Below, piece by piece: positions 8,819-18,099 of a DNA stretch of 25,764 bases. Positions within the stretch are counted from its first letter, which is position 1. Every line of letters begins with the position of its first letter. Below the pieces are notes generated by a model, which had not been told where the DNA came from, ran no database searches, and saw nothing but the letters and a program-made list of their open reading frames with translations. The position numbers and the translations under genes were made by a program. Origin of the DNA: a candidate division WOR-3 bacterium (GTDB lineage: Bacteria; Hydrothermota; Tepidihabitantia; SM23-42; JAOAFX01); NCBI GenBank assembly GCA_039802265.1, contig JBDRWI010000032.1, positions 1-25,764 on the forward strand, given 5' to 3'.

Positions 8819-9360
8819 AGACCTAAATTTTCACTTATCTCCTGCATTCCCGTCAAACAGAGCCTAATAAACTGGTCCAACTCCAAACCGATATTCTTGC
8901 ACGCGGCAATTTGTTCCCGATTTGCCCCTGCCGCAAACCTCTTCTCTTTAAACCTTCTTATAACAAAATCGGTATCCACTGCCTTCAACTTCCTTTCCGG
9001 ATGCATCAGGGCTGAGGCAACAATGAGACCGGTCAGGGGGTCAGTGGCAAAGAGTGCCCAGTCAAGTCTTGAGTTGGGGGCTGAATGCCCGGCATGGACC
9101 TTAATTGCATAGATTATCTGCGGTGCGAGCCCCTTCTTCTGTAAAATTTCTGCACTTACGAGTCCATGCCGTGATGGCTCATTGACTGTCTCCTCATAAT
9201 CAATATCATGCAGGAGACCAGCCAATCCCCAGATCTCTTCGTCTTCACCAAAATGCTGGGCAAGTTTCCTCAGGCAGGCCTCCGCAGCCAGGCAGTGTTT
9301 ATAAAGATTTCTATTCTTCAATCTTTCTTGAAGTAAGGATAGTGCTTCTTCACGGTTCAT
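8815..9360 (-). CDS. HD/HDIG-domain metal-dependent phosphohydrolase
   Basis: KHCLAAE...[13 protein letters not shown]...HG...H...DPLTGLI motif pattern; 4-nt overlap (ATGA) with glyQ. Confidence 0.85.
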   Translation of the reverse strand: MNREEALSLLQERLKNRNLYKHCLAAEACLRKLAQHFGEDEEIWGLAGLLHDIDYEETVNEPSRHGLVSAEILQKKGLAPQIIYAIKVHAGHSAPNSRLDWALFATDPLTGLIVASALMHPERKLKAVDTDFVIRRFKEKRFAAGANREQIAACKNIGLELDQFIRLCLTGMQEISENLGL

Positions 9361-9368
9361 AGTAATAT

Positions 9369-9396
9369 ATTATCCATATTTTTTAAAAAAAGTCAA
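9369..9396 (-). promoter_or_regulatory. Sigma70-type promoter of the HD-glyQ-glyS-aspS operon
   Basis: TTGACT (9396-9391), 16 nt, GATAAT (9374-9369); ATG 8 nt later, no SD. Confidence 0.65.
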
Positions 9397-9563
9397 CGAC
9401 CAAAATAGCTGAGCACTCCTCACTTTTTCTCACTTGATATATCGGAATCCGAAAGTTTCTCTCAAAAACTGTCTCATAGACTAAATATTCACATTCTTGC
9501 AACTCGAATTAAAAAGAATTCATAGATTCACTAACCGAAACCATTGGTATTAGAATTTATGTC

Positions 9564-9591
9564 TTGTCAAATCTCAAATTATAGATATAAT
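9564..9591 (+). promoter_or_regulatory. Sigma70-type promoter upstream of the S8 protease
   Basis: TTGTCA (9564-9569), 16 nt, TATAAT (9586-9591). Confidence 0.65.
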
Positions 9592-9809
9592 GTAATCGTA
9601 TATTGGGTTGAATTTCGCTACGATGACCAATAAAGTTAGAGTTTTGGTAAAATGTTAAATAATGAACGATATAGGGCGGTGCTTTAAAGTTCAATTGTGA
9701 ATTTAAAAAATGCAATAGCAGCATCCTGATCTTCATCAGGAAAAGTTTAATATGGTGCATAAAAATTTAGTCAGATTTTTTGCTTTCGGTATGAAAGCAA
9801 AATAGAGCA

Positions 9810-9859
9810 GTGAGGGCAAAAGTCCCTCGCCTTTACCCTCTTCCATGGGGGAAGAGGGT
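9810..9859 (+). repeat. REP-like hairpin pair related to 4000-4060
   Basis: gtgaggg/ccctcgc stem (9810-9830) and accctcttcc-atggg-ggaagagggt (9835-9859); ccctcgcctttaccctcttcc aligns with ccttcacctttatcctctccc. Confidence 0.55.
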
Positions 9860-9882
9860 TTGATTTATTCAAGGGAGGTATT

Positions 9883-12255
9883 ATGAGGTGGTTGACTCTG
9901 TTAATATCAACCGCAATGGTCTATGCGGTTGATATCCATTCACACGGTTCGACTGTGCCATTTGCACCTCTACCTGATGAGAACCCAACGATTATTTCCT
10001 TCTCCAATGGCATTGTATTTGATACCCGTGATGGTGAGCCGGTTCTCCCGGCAAGGCTAAAAATAGAATCTTACCCGGATAAAGGCTATTATTTGATTCA
10101 GATGGTTGGGCCTGTCTATTCATATTATCTTGACGAATTAAAGGAACTCGGAATTGATATTATCGGTTATATCCCTAAATATACACTCATCGGCTATGCC
10201 AATCAGACACAGATTGAACTTGCCAGGAACAAATCTTTTGTCCGCTGGACCGGAATATTCCAGCCCGCTTATAAAATTCAGTCTGAATTGTTAAATTGTA
10301 ATGGAACTGCTCGGATAACAATCCAATTATTCCCGGATGAAGATGCCTATTCTATTGCCAATAATATTCAATCACTGGGTTTTGATGTGGTTGAAATAAT
10401 AGACCATAATCTATGCAAGACCATTGATGCAATCATAGACTTAACCCGAATTCATGAGATCGCAAGGATTACCGGTGTCCAGTGGATTCAACTCTGGTCA
10501 GAACCTGCACACTGCAATAATAATTGTCAATGGGTAACCCAGACCGGCTGGCGTGCTACTGTGCCATCTGACCCTGGGGCAAGGAGAATCTGGTATGAGG
10601 GGTTAAGGGGCTCAGGGATAATTCTCAGTACAACCGATACCGGTATCCACACCTCCCATTACCAGTTCTATGATGCAGCATATCCAATAACTGCCCCGGG
10701 GATATTTCCCAATCACCGTAAGATCATTGCCTATAAGCTCTATTCTGGTGCTGCATTTGGTGATGTCAGTGCCGGTTACTGGCACGGTACCCATGTCAAC
10801 TGCACAGTTGGGGGTAATGATACAACCCTGGGTACAAGTGTCTACGACGGTATGGCAAAGGAGGCACGAATATACTTTGTTGATATTGGTAATGCCTCGG
10901 GTGGACTTGTTTTATCAACTAATCTTACTGCGGTATGGGACACGGTATATCTCGGTCGTGGCCTGGGCTTTAATATTTTACAGCATTCTGGTTCCTGGGG
11001 CTGGCTTAATTCCAATGGAACCTATCTGACCCAGGATGCGACAACCGATGCCTATTGTTATGCCCATCCGGATTTTTTGAATATCATAGCGGCAGGGAAT
11101 GAATATAACCCGAGGACACTTCGTAACCCGGGAATTGCCAAGAATGTTCTGACTGTCGGAGCAACCCTAAATAGCACAAGTTCAAACCAGATTGCCTCTT
11201 TCTCAAGTCGCGGTTATACCCTGGATAGGAGAATAAAACCGAATGTGATGGCACCCGGGGATGGAGCAAGTCTCTGGGCTGGACTGATGTCTGCCCAGGG
11301 TGGAACGACAAATTCATACTGGGGTATGTCCGGAACAAGTATGGCAACACCAGCGGTGAATGGCTCCATTGGTCTGATAAGACAATATCTACTTGCGGGC
11401 TTCTATCCTACTGGTGCAGCGAACCCTTCAGATTCAATTAAATATCAGAGTTCTGCCCTGTTGCGGGCAATGGCAATCGTCTCCTGCGACCCCAATATCG
11501 GCAGTTATGTGGTTCCCGATTCTAATATTGGCTGGGGAAGGATTGACCTGGATAGTGTATTATACTTTGCCAGTGATACAAGGCATTTGATTATAAAGGA
11601 TGATACAATCGGCGTGGGGACTGGCGAATCGATAACTGATTCGTTTGTGGTTCTTTCCTCTTCAAGTCCTTTACGCATTGCTGTTGCCTGGACCGATACC
11701 GCGGCAGCAGCCAATGCCAATCCAACCCTTGTAAATGACATAAATGTCACCCTTACCGCCCCCAATGGAACTTATTACCGTGGCAATATCTATTCCGGCG
11801 GGCAATCTGCTGCCAACCCTACAAACTGGGATAATCGTAATGTTGAAGAATGTTTCAGGGTGAATAGCCCGGCAACCGGTGTCTGGAAATTGACAATCGC
11901 GGGCCAAAATATTCCCAATGCGCCAATGGGCTTTGCCTATGCTATAACCGGTAATATCGGATTTGTGGGAATAGAAGAAAATGAGGGTGCTTGCACTCAG
12001 ACAAAAGATGACTTCAGTTTCAGCACGATTACCAGGGGATTTTTGAATCTGAGTATTAACATAAGTACACCAAGGGAAGTGAATATAAATGTTTATAATC
12101 TAAGTGGAAGGCTGGTTATGAAATTACTGGATGGCAGGTTACCTGCTGGAAAGACCGAAGTCAAAAGACCATTATCATTACCGACAGGGATTTACTTTAT
12201 TGAAATAAAAACAGAAGACCGGGTAAGATACGGCAAGATCATTGTGCTTGATTGA
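9883..12255 (+). CDS. Secreted S8 subtilisin-family serine protease (KP-43-like) with a C-terminal sorting/FlgD-Ig-like domain
   Basis: Signal peptide; catalytic motifs DTG, HGTHV, AAGN, GTSMATP; KP-43-type C-domain (LRIAVAWTD...NDINVTL...DNRNVEE); tail VYNLSGRLV...GIYFI; SD GGAGG at 9874-9878. Confidence 0.92.
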   Translation: MRWLTLLISTAMVYAVDIHSHGSTVPFAPLPDENPTIISFSNGIVFDTRDGEPVLPARLKIESYPDKGYYLIQMVGPVYSYYLDELKELGIDIIGYIPKYTLIGYANQTQIELARNKSFVRWTGIFQPAYKIQSELLNCNGTARITIQLFPDEDAYSIANNIQSLGFDVVEIIDHNLCKTIDAIIDLTRIHEIARITGVQWIQLWSEPAHCNNNCQWVTQTGWRATVPSDPGARRIWYEGLRGSGIILSTTDTGIHTSHYQFYDAAYPITAPGIFPNHRKIIAYKLYSGAAFGDVSAGYWHGTHVNCTVGGNDTTLGTSVYDGMAKEARIYFVDIGNASGGLVLSTNLTAVWDTVYLGRGLGFNILQHSGSWGWLNSNGTYLTQDATTDAYCYAHPDFLNIIAAGNEYNPRTLRNPGIAKNVLTVGATLNSTSSNQIASFSSRGYTLDRRIKPNVMAPGDGASLWAGLMSAQGGTTNSYWGMSGTSMATPAVNGSIGLIRQYLLAGFYPTGAANPSDSIKYQSSALLRAMAIVSCDPNIGSYVVPDSNIGWGRIDLDSVLYFASDTRHLIIKDDTIGVGTGESITDSFVVLSSSSPLRIAVAWTDTAAAANANPTLVNDINVTLTAPNGTYYRGNIYSGGQSAANPTNWDNRNVEECFRVNSPATGVWKLTIAGQNIPNAPMGFAYAITGNIGFVGIEENEGACTQTKDDFSFSTITRGFLNLSINISTPREVNINVYNLSGRLVMKLLDGRLPAGKTEVKRPLSLPTGIYFIEIKTEDRVRYGKIIVLD

Positions 12256-12270
12256 TAAGGATACAAATAT

Positions 12271-12306
12271 GGGGCACACAAAATTGTGTGCCCCTTTTTA
12301 TTTTTT
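12271..12306 (+). terminator. Intrinsic terminator between the convergent S8 protease and hisS genes
   Basis: ggggcacacaa-aa-ttgtgtgcccc followed by tttttatttttt. Confidence 0.85.
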
Positions 12307-12324
12307 GTAGCAGCTATAATCGGA

Positions 12325-13572
12325 CTATCTTCCGACTATATCCTTTAAGAATTTTTCTATCTTCTCCTTCGGGATTTTCTGCTGCGTTCCGGTTGACATA
12401 TCCCTTACGGTATAGACACCTTCACTATCTTCATCATCGCCATAAATTATTACAAAATCTGCCCGATTACGATTTGCCGCCTTTAATTGTCTTTTGATTG
12501 AAGCACAGGGGTCGACTGGAATTACAATCTGTCCCCAATCAAGAATCTTTTTTCTTATGTTCACAAATTCATTTAAATATTTCTCACCCATTATTGCAAT
12601 AGAAAATACCCGATTCTTCTCGATCTCAGGTAGATTTTCCGGAATTGCTAAAAGTGTCCTTTCCACACCCATCGCCCAGCCAACGCAGGAAAGGTCATCT
12701 CCGCCGAGTTCTTTCATTAACAGGTCATACCTGCCACCGGCAATGATTGTATCTTGCGCACCGAGTTCTTTTAACTTGAACTCAAATACCGTTTTCGTAT
12801 AATAATCAAGTCCGCGCACAAGTCTTTTATTTTCTTGATATTTAATGTCCAGTTTATCTAAAAACTCTTTCACCTTTTGATAATGGATACTGCACTCGGG
12901 ACATAAATTATCGGTAATCTTTGGCGTATCCTGATAGAATTGCTGACAGATATCATTTTTACAGTCAAATATCCTCAAAAAGTTTTTTTCAAATCTTTTT
13001 CGACAATCCGGGCAGAGATTATCCAACTTCGGCATGATAAATTCACGCAACCTATTCTTATAGCTCGCTCGGCATATCGGACATCCTATTGAATTTACTT
13101 CAATAAAGAATTCTCTTAATCCGATTGAATTCAAAAATCTACTGGCCAGGTCAATCACTTCGGCATCATAAAACGGCGCTGACTCTCCAAGCAGTTCTAT
13201 ACCAATCTGGAGAAACTCACGATACCTTCCCTTCTGGGGTCTCTCTTTCCGAAACATCTGTCCAATATATAAGAGCCGTGCCGGAACATTGATTTTATTC
13301 TCAATTACTGCCCTTAATACCGCGGCCGTGCCTTCCGGTCTTAAGACAAAAACTTTTCCATTATGTTCAAATGTATACATCTCCTTTTCTACAATATCAG
13401 TATATTCACCGATAGACCGCACAAAGAGTTCAATGGATTCAAATGTTGGAGTCTTTATTTCAATGAATCCATTTTTTTTAAAAAAATTGCGTGCCCAATG
13501 ATTTATTACTTCAATTCTTTCAAGCTCTATACCCCAGATATCCCTTGTTCCCCTGGGTCGTTGATACATCAT
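12325..13572 (-). CDS. hisS: Histidine--tRNA ligase
   Basis: PRGTRD, LRPEGTA, MFRKERPQKGRYREFLQIGIE, LVRGLDYY, GGRYD, GWAMGVER. Confidence 0.97.
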   Translation of the reverse strand: MMYQRPRGTRDIWGIELERIEVINHWARNFFKKNGFIEIKTPTFESIELFVRSIGEYTDIVEKEMYTFEHNGKVFVLRPEGTAAVLRAVIENKINVPARLLYIGQMFRKERPQKGRYREFLQIGIELLGESAPFYDAEVIDLASRFLNSIGLREFFIEVNSIGCPICRASYKNRLREFIMPKLDNLCPDCRKRFEKNFLRIFDCKNDICQQFYQDTPKITDNLCPECSIHYQKVKEFLDKLDIKYQENKRLVRGLDYYTKTVFEFKLKELGAQDTIIAGGRYDLLMKELGGDDLSCVGWAMGVERTLLAIPENLPEIEKNRVFSIAIMGEKYLNEFVNIRKKILDWGQIVIPVDPCASIKRQLKAANRNRADFVIIYGDDEDSEGVYTVRDMSTGTQQKIPKEKIEKFLKDIVGR

Positions 13573-13898
13573 ACCTTTTGGGTTAACGAATAGATTATAA
13601 AAACACTAACCAAACCGATTGTGCCCCATATCATATCCAGAACTTCAAATTCGCGACCGGGAATGAAGAGTTGCTGGACCTCGGCGGCAATAACGACAAG
13701 AATTCCAAAGAGAAAATAGAATGTGCCGGTAATCAGTCTTATGGAGAATACCCCATAGACAAAAAACAAAAGGAAGTGATATAATTTATCTATTGGTAAT
13801 TCCTTAATCTTCGGAGATTCTAAACCGGGTAACCCAGTTAAGACGAATATGACTATTGTCCAGATAATCAAAAGAAGGATATTAACGCTCTTTTTCAT
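13569..13898 (-). CDS. VanZ-like membrane protein
   Basis: Hydrophobic 109 aa with DKLYHFLLF and EVQQLFIPGREFEVLD signature segments. Confidence 0.85.
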   Translation of the reverse strand: MKKSVNILLLIIWTIVIFVLTGLPGLESPKIKELPIDKLYHFLLFFVYGVFSIRLITGTFYFLFGILVVIAAEVQQLFIPGREFEVLDMIWGTIGLVSVFIIYSLTQKV

Positions 13899-13909
13899 TT
13901 AAATCTTTC

Positions 13910-14095
13910 TCAATACGGACCATATTCATCTTCACCCTCATAAGGCTCAAAGAGTTCTTTCTCTGCACCGCAATCAGGACAACCCCAGGAATCGGGTAGT
14001 TCTTCAAATAAAACACCAGGAACGATGCCCGATTCCGGGTCACCAATTTCAGGATTATAAATATAACCACAGATTGCACATCGCCATTTTTGCAT
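13910..14095 (-). CDS. Rubredoxin
   Basis: [17 protein letters not shown]...[15 protein letters not shown]: two CxxC motifs with typical spacing. Confidence 0.95.
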   Translation of the reverse strand: MQKWRCAICGYIYNPEIGDPESGIVPGVLFEELPDSWGCPDCGAEKELFEPYEGEDEYGPY

Positions 14096-14099
14096 TTTA

Positions 14100-14819
14100 T
14101 TACTCCTTTAGCAGATAACAGACCTCTAAGACAAGATTGATAAGAATGTCCATTTTTGCCTTCAATTCCTCATCACTTACAAATTTTGTAAATTCCTCTC
14201 CCCTACCGACAACATCCGAGACCAGTAGGAAAGAAGCCGTTTCAAGACCACTCCGGTTGGCAAGATAGTAAATCAAGCTTGTTTCCATCTCTACAGCAAG
14301 GATTCCCTTTTTCCTGAGTTTCGGAACATATTCCGGGTCTGGATTATAAAAGACATCAACGCTTGCAATACCACCGAAGATTAGTTTTAAGCCCATTTTA
14401 CGACTAACCTCATCGGCGGTCTTTAAGATTTCAAATGTGGCATACGGTGCCAATGGCTCACCATTTAAATAAGAGCGGGTCGTTCCATCATAGGGAGCAG
14501 CAGTAATTGCCCCGATGAGATCAAGGGCATTTATCTCTTCTGCAATACCACCGCAGGTTCCAATCCGGATTATTCTCTTTACACCGAGTTGAATTAATTC
14601 TTCCAAGACAATCGCTGCCGATGGACAACCCATGCCCGTTGTCTGAACAGATATTCTCTTTCCCTTATAAGTTCCAGTGAAGCCCAAAAGTCCCCGGTTT
14701 TTGTTTACCAATCTGGTATCCTTTAGGATTTCATTTATTCTTTCTGCCCGTCCCGGGTCGCCCACGACCAATACAGTGTCTGCATAGTCCCCTTTATTTG
14801 CCCTTAGGTGTATAGGCAT
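14100..14819 (-). CDS. deoD: Purine nucleoside phosphorylase (DeoD/Udp superfamily)
   Basis: [44 protein letters not shown] upstream. Confidence 0.85.
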   Translation of the reverse strand: MPIHLRANKGDYADTVLVVGDPGRAERINEILKDTRLVNKNRGLLGFTGTYKGKRISVQTTGMGCPSAAIVLEELIQLGVKRIIRIGTCGGIAEEINALDLIGAITAAPYDGTTRSYLNGEPLAPYATFEILKTADEVSRKMGLKLIFGGIASVDVFYNPDPEYVPKLRKKGILAVEMETSLIYYLANRSGLETASFLLVSDVVGRGEEFTKFVSDEELKAKMDILINLVLEVCYLLKE

Positions 14820-14894
14820 TTAACCTCCTTTTAAACTCAAAAATAAAGAATTCAATCCATTTGCCATATCTTTTGCCATTTTGGTTTGTGAAAA

Positions 14895-16115
14895 CTACAA
14901 AGGGTTCTTCTTTTGTAGACTATCATTTTTAATAACAGGCTGGTTATTTGAGAGCAAATTCAGCAATGAATCACGGGTCTGCTCAAAGAATTTCAGATAT
15001 TCCTTTTTCACGGACGGCGCCCTCGGAAGTTTCACGGTTAAAGGATTGATGGGAACGCCATCCTTATGTAATTCAAAGTGTAAATGAGGTCCCGTAGATA
15101 ATCCAGTAGAACCAACATAGCCAATGAGTTCGCCCATCTTCACATGCTTTCCCTGATATAATCCTTTGGCAAATCTTGAAAGATGTCCATATCGTGTTTT
15201 ATAGTTGTTTTTGTGTTTTATTTCTACAAGATTACCGTAACCTCCCTTCCATCCTTTAAAGGTAACAACCCCATCACCAATTGAAGAAACCGGTGTACCC
15301 ATGGGAGCTGAATAGTCAAGTCCATGATGGGGGCGCCAGATTTTTAATATTGGATGGAATCTCCTCTTTGAAAAATAAGAACTTATATGTGAATATTTTA
15401 AAGGAGATTTCAAGAGTGCCTTTCTTAAAGACTCACCCGATTTGTTGTAGAAATCATCATACCCAGTTGGGTCCTTGTAGTAGATACCACAGTAATCTCC
15501 AAAGGTTGATTTATAACGAACAAAACTTATATTTCTGTAGCCTAAAAATTGAGAATCCGCAAACCATTTTTCCACAAAGACATAAAAAGAGTCGCCTTGG
15601 CGGGTATCGGTTGCAAAATCAATCTCCCAGGCAAATATGTCAGCAAACTTATAGACCAATTCTGGAGTTTCGCCCATTTTAAGCATACTCTCATAAAGGG
15701 TTGATTGAATATTTCCGGCAATAATATAAAAAGATTTTTCAATATACGGATATTTCATTGACAGCACCCATTTAGAATTTTCATTGGTAATGTAATAGAC
15801 AAGCGTTGGTTTCTGGTAATAAGTAAGCTTTTCAAAATTATCATCTTTTTTTAGGATTATAATTGAATCACCGGGCAGGCACCGGCGAAATGGAAAGTCA
15901 AATTTATGCAGAAATTCTATTATTGAATTTGCGAAGTTTTTATCATTGAACATATTGATAAGGAGTTCTTCAAATGTTTCACCCTTTTTTAATATCTGTT
16001 TTATCTCGGTATAAATTGGTTCCTTTTCCGGCTTAATTTGGGTTTTTTTCTTGCAGGTAAGGGTAGATATCAATATTATTAGCAAGAATATACAAAATTT
16101 ATTTAGCCCTCTCAT
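14895..16115 (-). CDS. M23 family peptidoglycan endopeptidase (MepM-like), probable lipoprotein
   Basis: HHGLD and HLHFE zinc motifs, GYGNLVEIKH, RFHPILK; N-terminal hydrophobic segment ending LTC. Confidence 0.9.
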   Translation of the reverse strand: MRGLNKFCIFLLIILISTLTCKKKTQIKPEKEPIYTEIKQILKKGETFEELLINMFNDKNFANSIIEFLHKFDFPFRRCLPGDSIIILKKDDNFEKLTYYQKPTLVYYITNENSKWVLSMKYPYIEKSFYIIAGNIQSTLYESMLKMGETPELVYKFADIFAWEIDFATDTRQGDSFYVFVEKWFADSQFLGYRNISFVRYKSTFGDYCGIYYKDPTGYDDFYNKSGESLRKALLKSPLKYSHISSYFSKRRFHPILKIWRPHHGLDYSAPMGTPVSSIGDGVVTFKGWKGGYGNLVEIKHKNNYKTRYGHLSRFAKGLYQGKHVKMGELIGYVGSTGLSTGPHLHFELHKDGVPINPLTVKLPRAPSVKKEYLKFFEQTRDSLLNLLSNNQPVIKNDSLQKKNPL

Positions 16116-17001
16116 CCGCCAGGTCCCTTATCCAGTTGTCAATTATCCTATTGCAGCGAGCAAAGGAAAAGCCCTGTAATTTTATTCTATTTTCACCGAA
16201 TAAAAAATTGAGGATATTCTGGATATCAGAAAAACCCCAGAGGTCAAATTCAACCTGAAGAAAGCGCTTCTTAAAAAGAGTGGTAATATTTGAGGCACAG
16301 CGCAATTTTTTTAATATTTTCTTCAAATCCCTGCTGTTTAATCGAGTAGTAATCCCGATGTGCAGATGGGCGAAATTCTTGATAAGATTCCAGTTAATCT
16401 CAGGTATAATGGAAAATAGACCCCGCCGGTTTCCTTGATGTAAGAGTAATCGTGATAACCTTACCTCATCCTCCCTGCTTGGTTCTGAGATTATAGTATT
16501 AATATTTTTAAAATTAAAATTGTTTTCAAATAACTGCAAAACTACCCTCCATTCTTCCTTTGACAAATCATAACCAGGTGTAACATTATATTCACCAACC
16601 TTGTAGATTTCTACATACTTGACATTGGGAGTCCGGTTCAATAATCTATAGCACTCCTTCAGGTTTTGGGCATAAAACAGTAATACCTTATTGGGCATAA
16701 CCCCGGATGGAATTGTGATGTTTTCAATTACCTCTTCGGCAAGCGGTATTGCCCTGTTAAATTCAATCTCACCTGAAGAATCAATGAAGGCGCATCCCCT
16801 GAACCATTTTCCACCTGCAATCGCCGGGATGAAACACTTGACTCCATAACGAGATATCAAGCCTTCATCCTCAAAATTCTTGACTCGCAAAAGAATTTCC
16901 TCTTTTGTAATTAAAAATTTATTTATAATCTCACTTATCGGAATATATCCCTGAGCCTCCAAATGCCGCAGTAATTTCAGGTCAATCGGGTCAATAATCA
17001 T
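16099..17001 (-). CDS. Lrp/AsnC-like transcriptional regulator, double length
   Basis: N-terminal IDPIDLKLLRHLE...ISEI...EEILLRVKNFEDEGLISRY resembles an AsnC-type HTH; a second degenerate repeat begins near LSKEEWRVVLQL. Confidence 0.6.
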   Translation of the reverse strand: MIIDPIDLKLLRHLEAQGYIPISEIINKFLITKEEILLRVKNFEDEGLISRYGVKCFIPAIAGGKWFRGCAFIDSSGEIEFNRAIPLAEEVIENITIPSGVMPNKVLLFYAQNLKECYRLLNRTPNVKYVEIYKVGEYNVTPGYDLSKEEWRVVLQLFENNFNFKNINTIISEPSREDEVRLSRLLLHQGNRRGLFSIIPEINWNLIKNFAHLHIGITTRLNSRDLKKILKKLRCASNITTLFKKRFLQVEFDLWGFSDIQNILNFLFGENRIKLQGFSFARCNRIIDNWIRDLADERAK

Positions 17002-17007
17002 AGAGTG

Positions 17008-17035
17008 ATTATATCTAAATTGGGCGTGGAGTCAA
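17008..17035 (-). promoter_or_regulatory. Sigma70-type leaderless promoter of the Lrp/AsnC-like gene
   Basis: TTGACT (17035-17030), 16 nt, TATAAT (17013-17008), 6 nt, ATG. Confidence 0.8.
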
Positions 17036-17078
17036 TAATAGATAAGGTCAATAAACTTTCTCAACAGAAGAATACGAG

Positions 17079-18068
17079 TTAAAAGAACTCCTTTAGCAGT
17101 TCATCAATTATATTATCCGATTTTATGCCCTCTGCCTCGGCAGTGAAATTTGTAATTATTCGATGTCTTAAGACCGGATGTGCCACATATCTAACATCTT
17201 CACTATTGGGTGAAAATCTACCATCTAAGGCTGCCTTTGCCTTTGCGCCCAGGATTAAATACTGGGAAGCCCTTGGTCCTGCACCCCAGGCAACATATCT
17301 TTTTATGATATCAGGAGCACCTTTAGTATCCGGTCTGGTCTGGCTGGTTAGTCTTACCGATTTTTCTATTATTTCGTCAGCGACCGGCATACGCCGTATG
17401 GTCTTCTGCAGTTCCAGAAACTCCTCTGCTCCAATTACCTTTTCCAATTCTGCCTCATAGGCTGAGGTGGTGGTTTTGACGATTTCTATCTCCTCGGTAA
17501 TACTGGGATAGGTGATATTTATTGTGAACATAAATCGGTCAAGTTGTGCCTCGGGTAATGGATATGTACCTTCCTGTTCAATTGGATTCTGAGTTGCCAG
17601 GACAAAGAACGGTCGTGGCAAGGGATAGGTCTCTCCCGCATAGGTAATCTTATACTCCTGCATCGCCTGCAATAAGGCAGACTGAGTCTTGGGTGGTGCG
17701 CGGTTTATCTCATCAGCAAGGATTACATTGGCGAAGATTGGTCCTTTTACAAACCTGAAATTTCTCTTACCGGTTGAGAGGTCTTCTTCTATTACCTCAG
17801 TGCCAGTAATATCTGATGGCATCAGATCGGGTGTGAATTGAATGCGCTTAAATTCAAGGTCTACAATACTTGCAATTGTATTAACCAGCATCGTCTTGGC
17901 AAGCCCGGGGACCCCAATAATCAGTGAATGCCCGTTGCAGAATAGTGATATGAGAACCTGCTCTATGACCTGATTCTGGCCAATTATTAACTTAGCGATC
18001 TCACTCGTTATCCGTTTGTAAGCCTCACCTAAAAACTGAATCCTTTCAACATCATCCCTTTTTTTCAT
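17079..18068 (-). CDS. MoxR family AAA+ ATPase
   Basis: GVPGLAKT, RIQFTPDLMPSDITG, ILADEINRAPPKTQSALLQAMQE, ATQNPIEQEGTYPLPEAQLDRF. Confidence 0.95.
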   Translation of the reverse strand: MKKRDDVERIQFLGEAYKRITSEIAKLIIGQNQVIEQVLISLFCNGHSLIIGVPGLAKTMLVNTIASIVDLEFKRIQFTPDLMPSDITGTEVIEEDLSTGKRNFRFVKGPIFANVILADEINRAPPKTQSALLQAMQEYKITYAGETYPLPRPFFVLATQNPIEQEGTYPLPEAQLDRFMFTINITYPSITEEIEIVKTTTSAYEAELEKVIGAEEFLELQKTIRRMPVADEIIEKSVRLTSQTRPDTKGAPDIIKRYVAWGAGPRASQYLILGAKAKAALDGRFSPNSEDVRYVAHPVLRHRIITNFTAEAEGIKSDNIIDELLKEFF

Positions 18069-18099
18069 AACTATTAGAGTTCAACATAAATAAAGAAAT

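Noticed and set aside
9361..9560. T-box leader for glyQS/aspS
   Set aside because: No T-box consensus seen, and the promoter abuts the HD gene start.
9557..9760. 67-aa minus-strand ORF in the intergenic region
   Set aside because: No SD or promoter, no recognisable protein features, and it is antisense to the predicted protease leader.
9811..9826. RNase P-like or c-di-GMP riboswitch-like motif (gagggcaaaagtcc)
   Set aside because: Only superficial similarity; the other conserved elements are absent and it is explained by a local hairpin.
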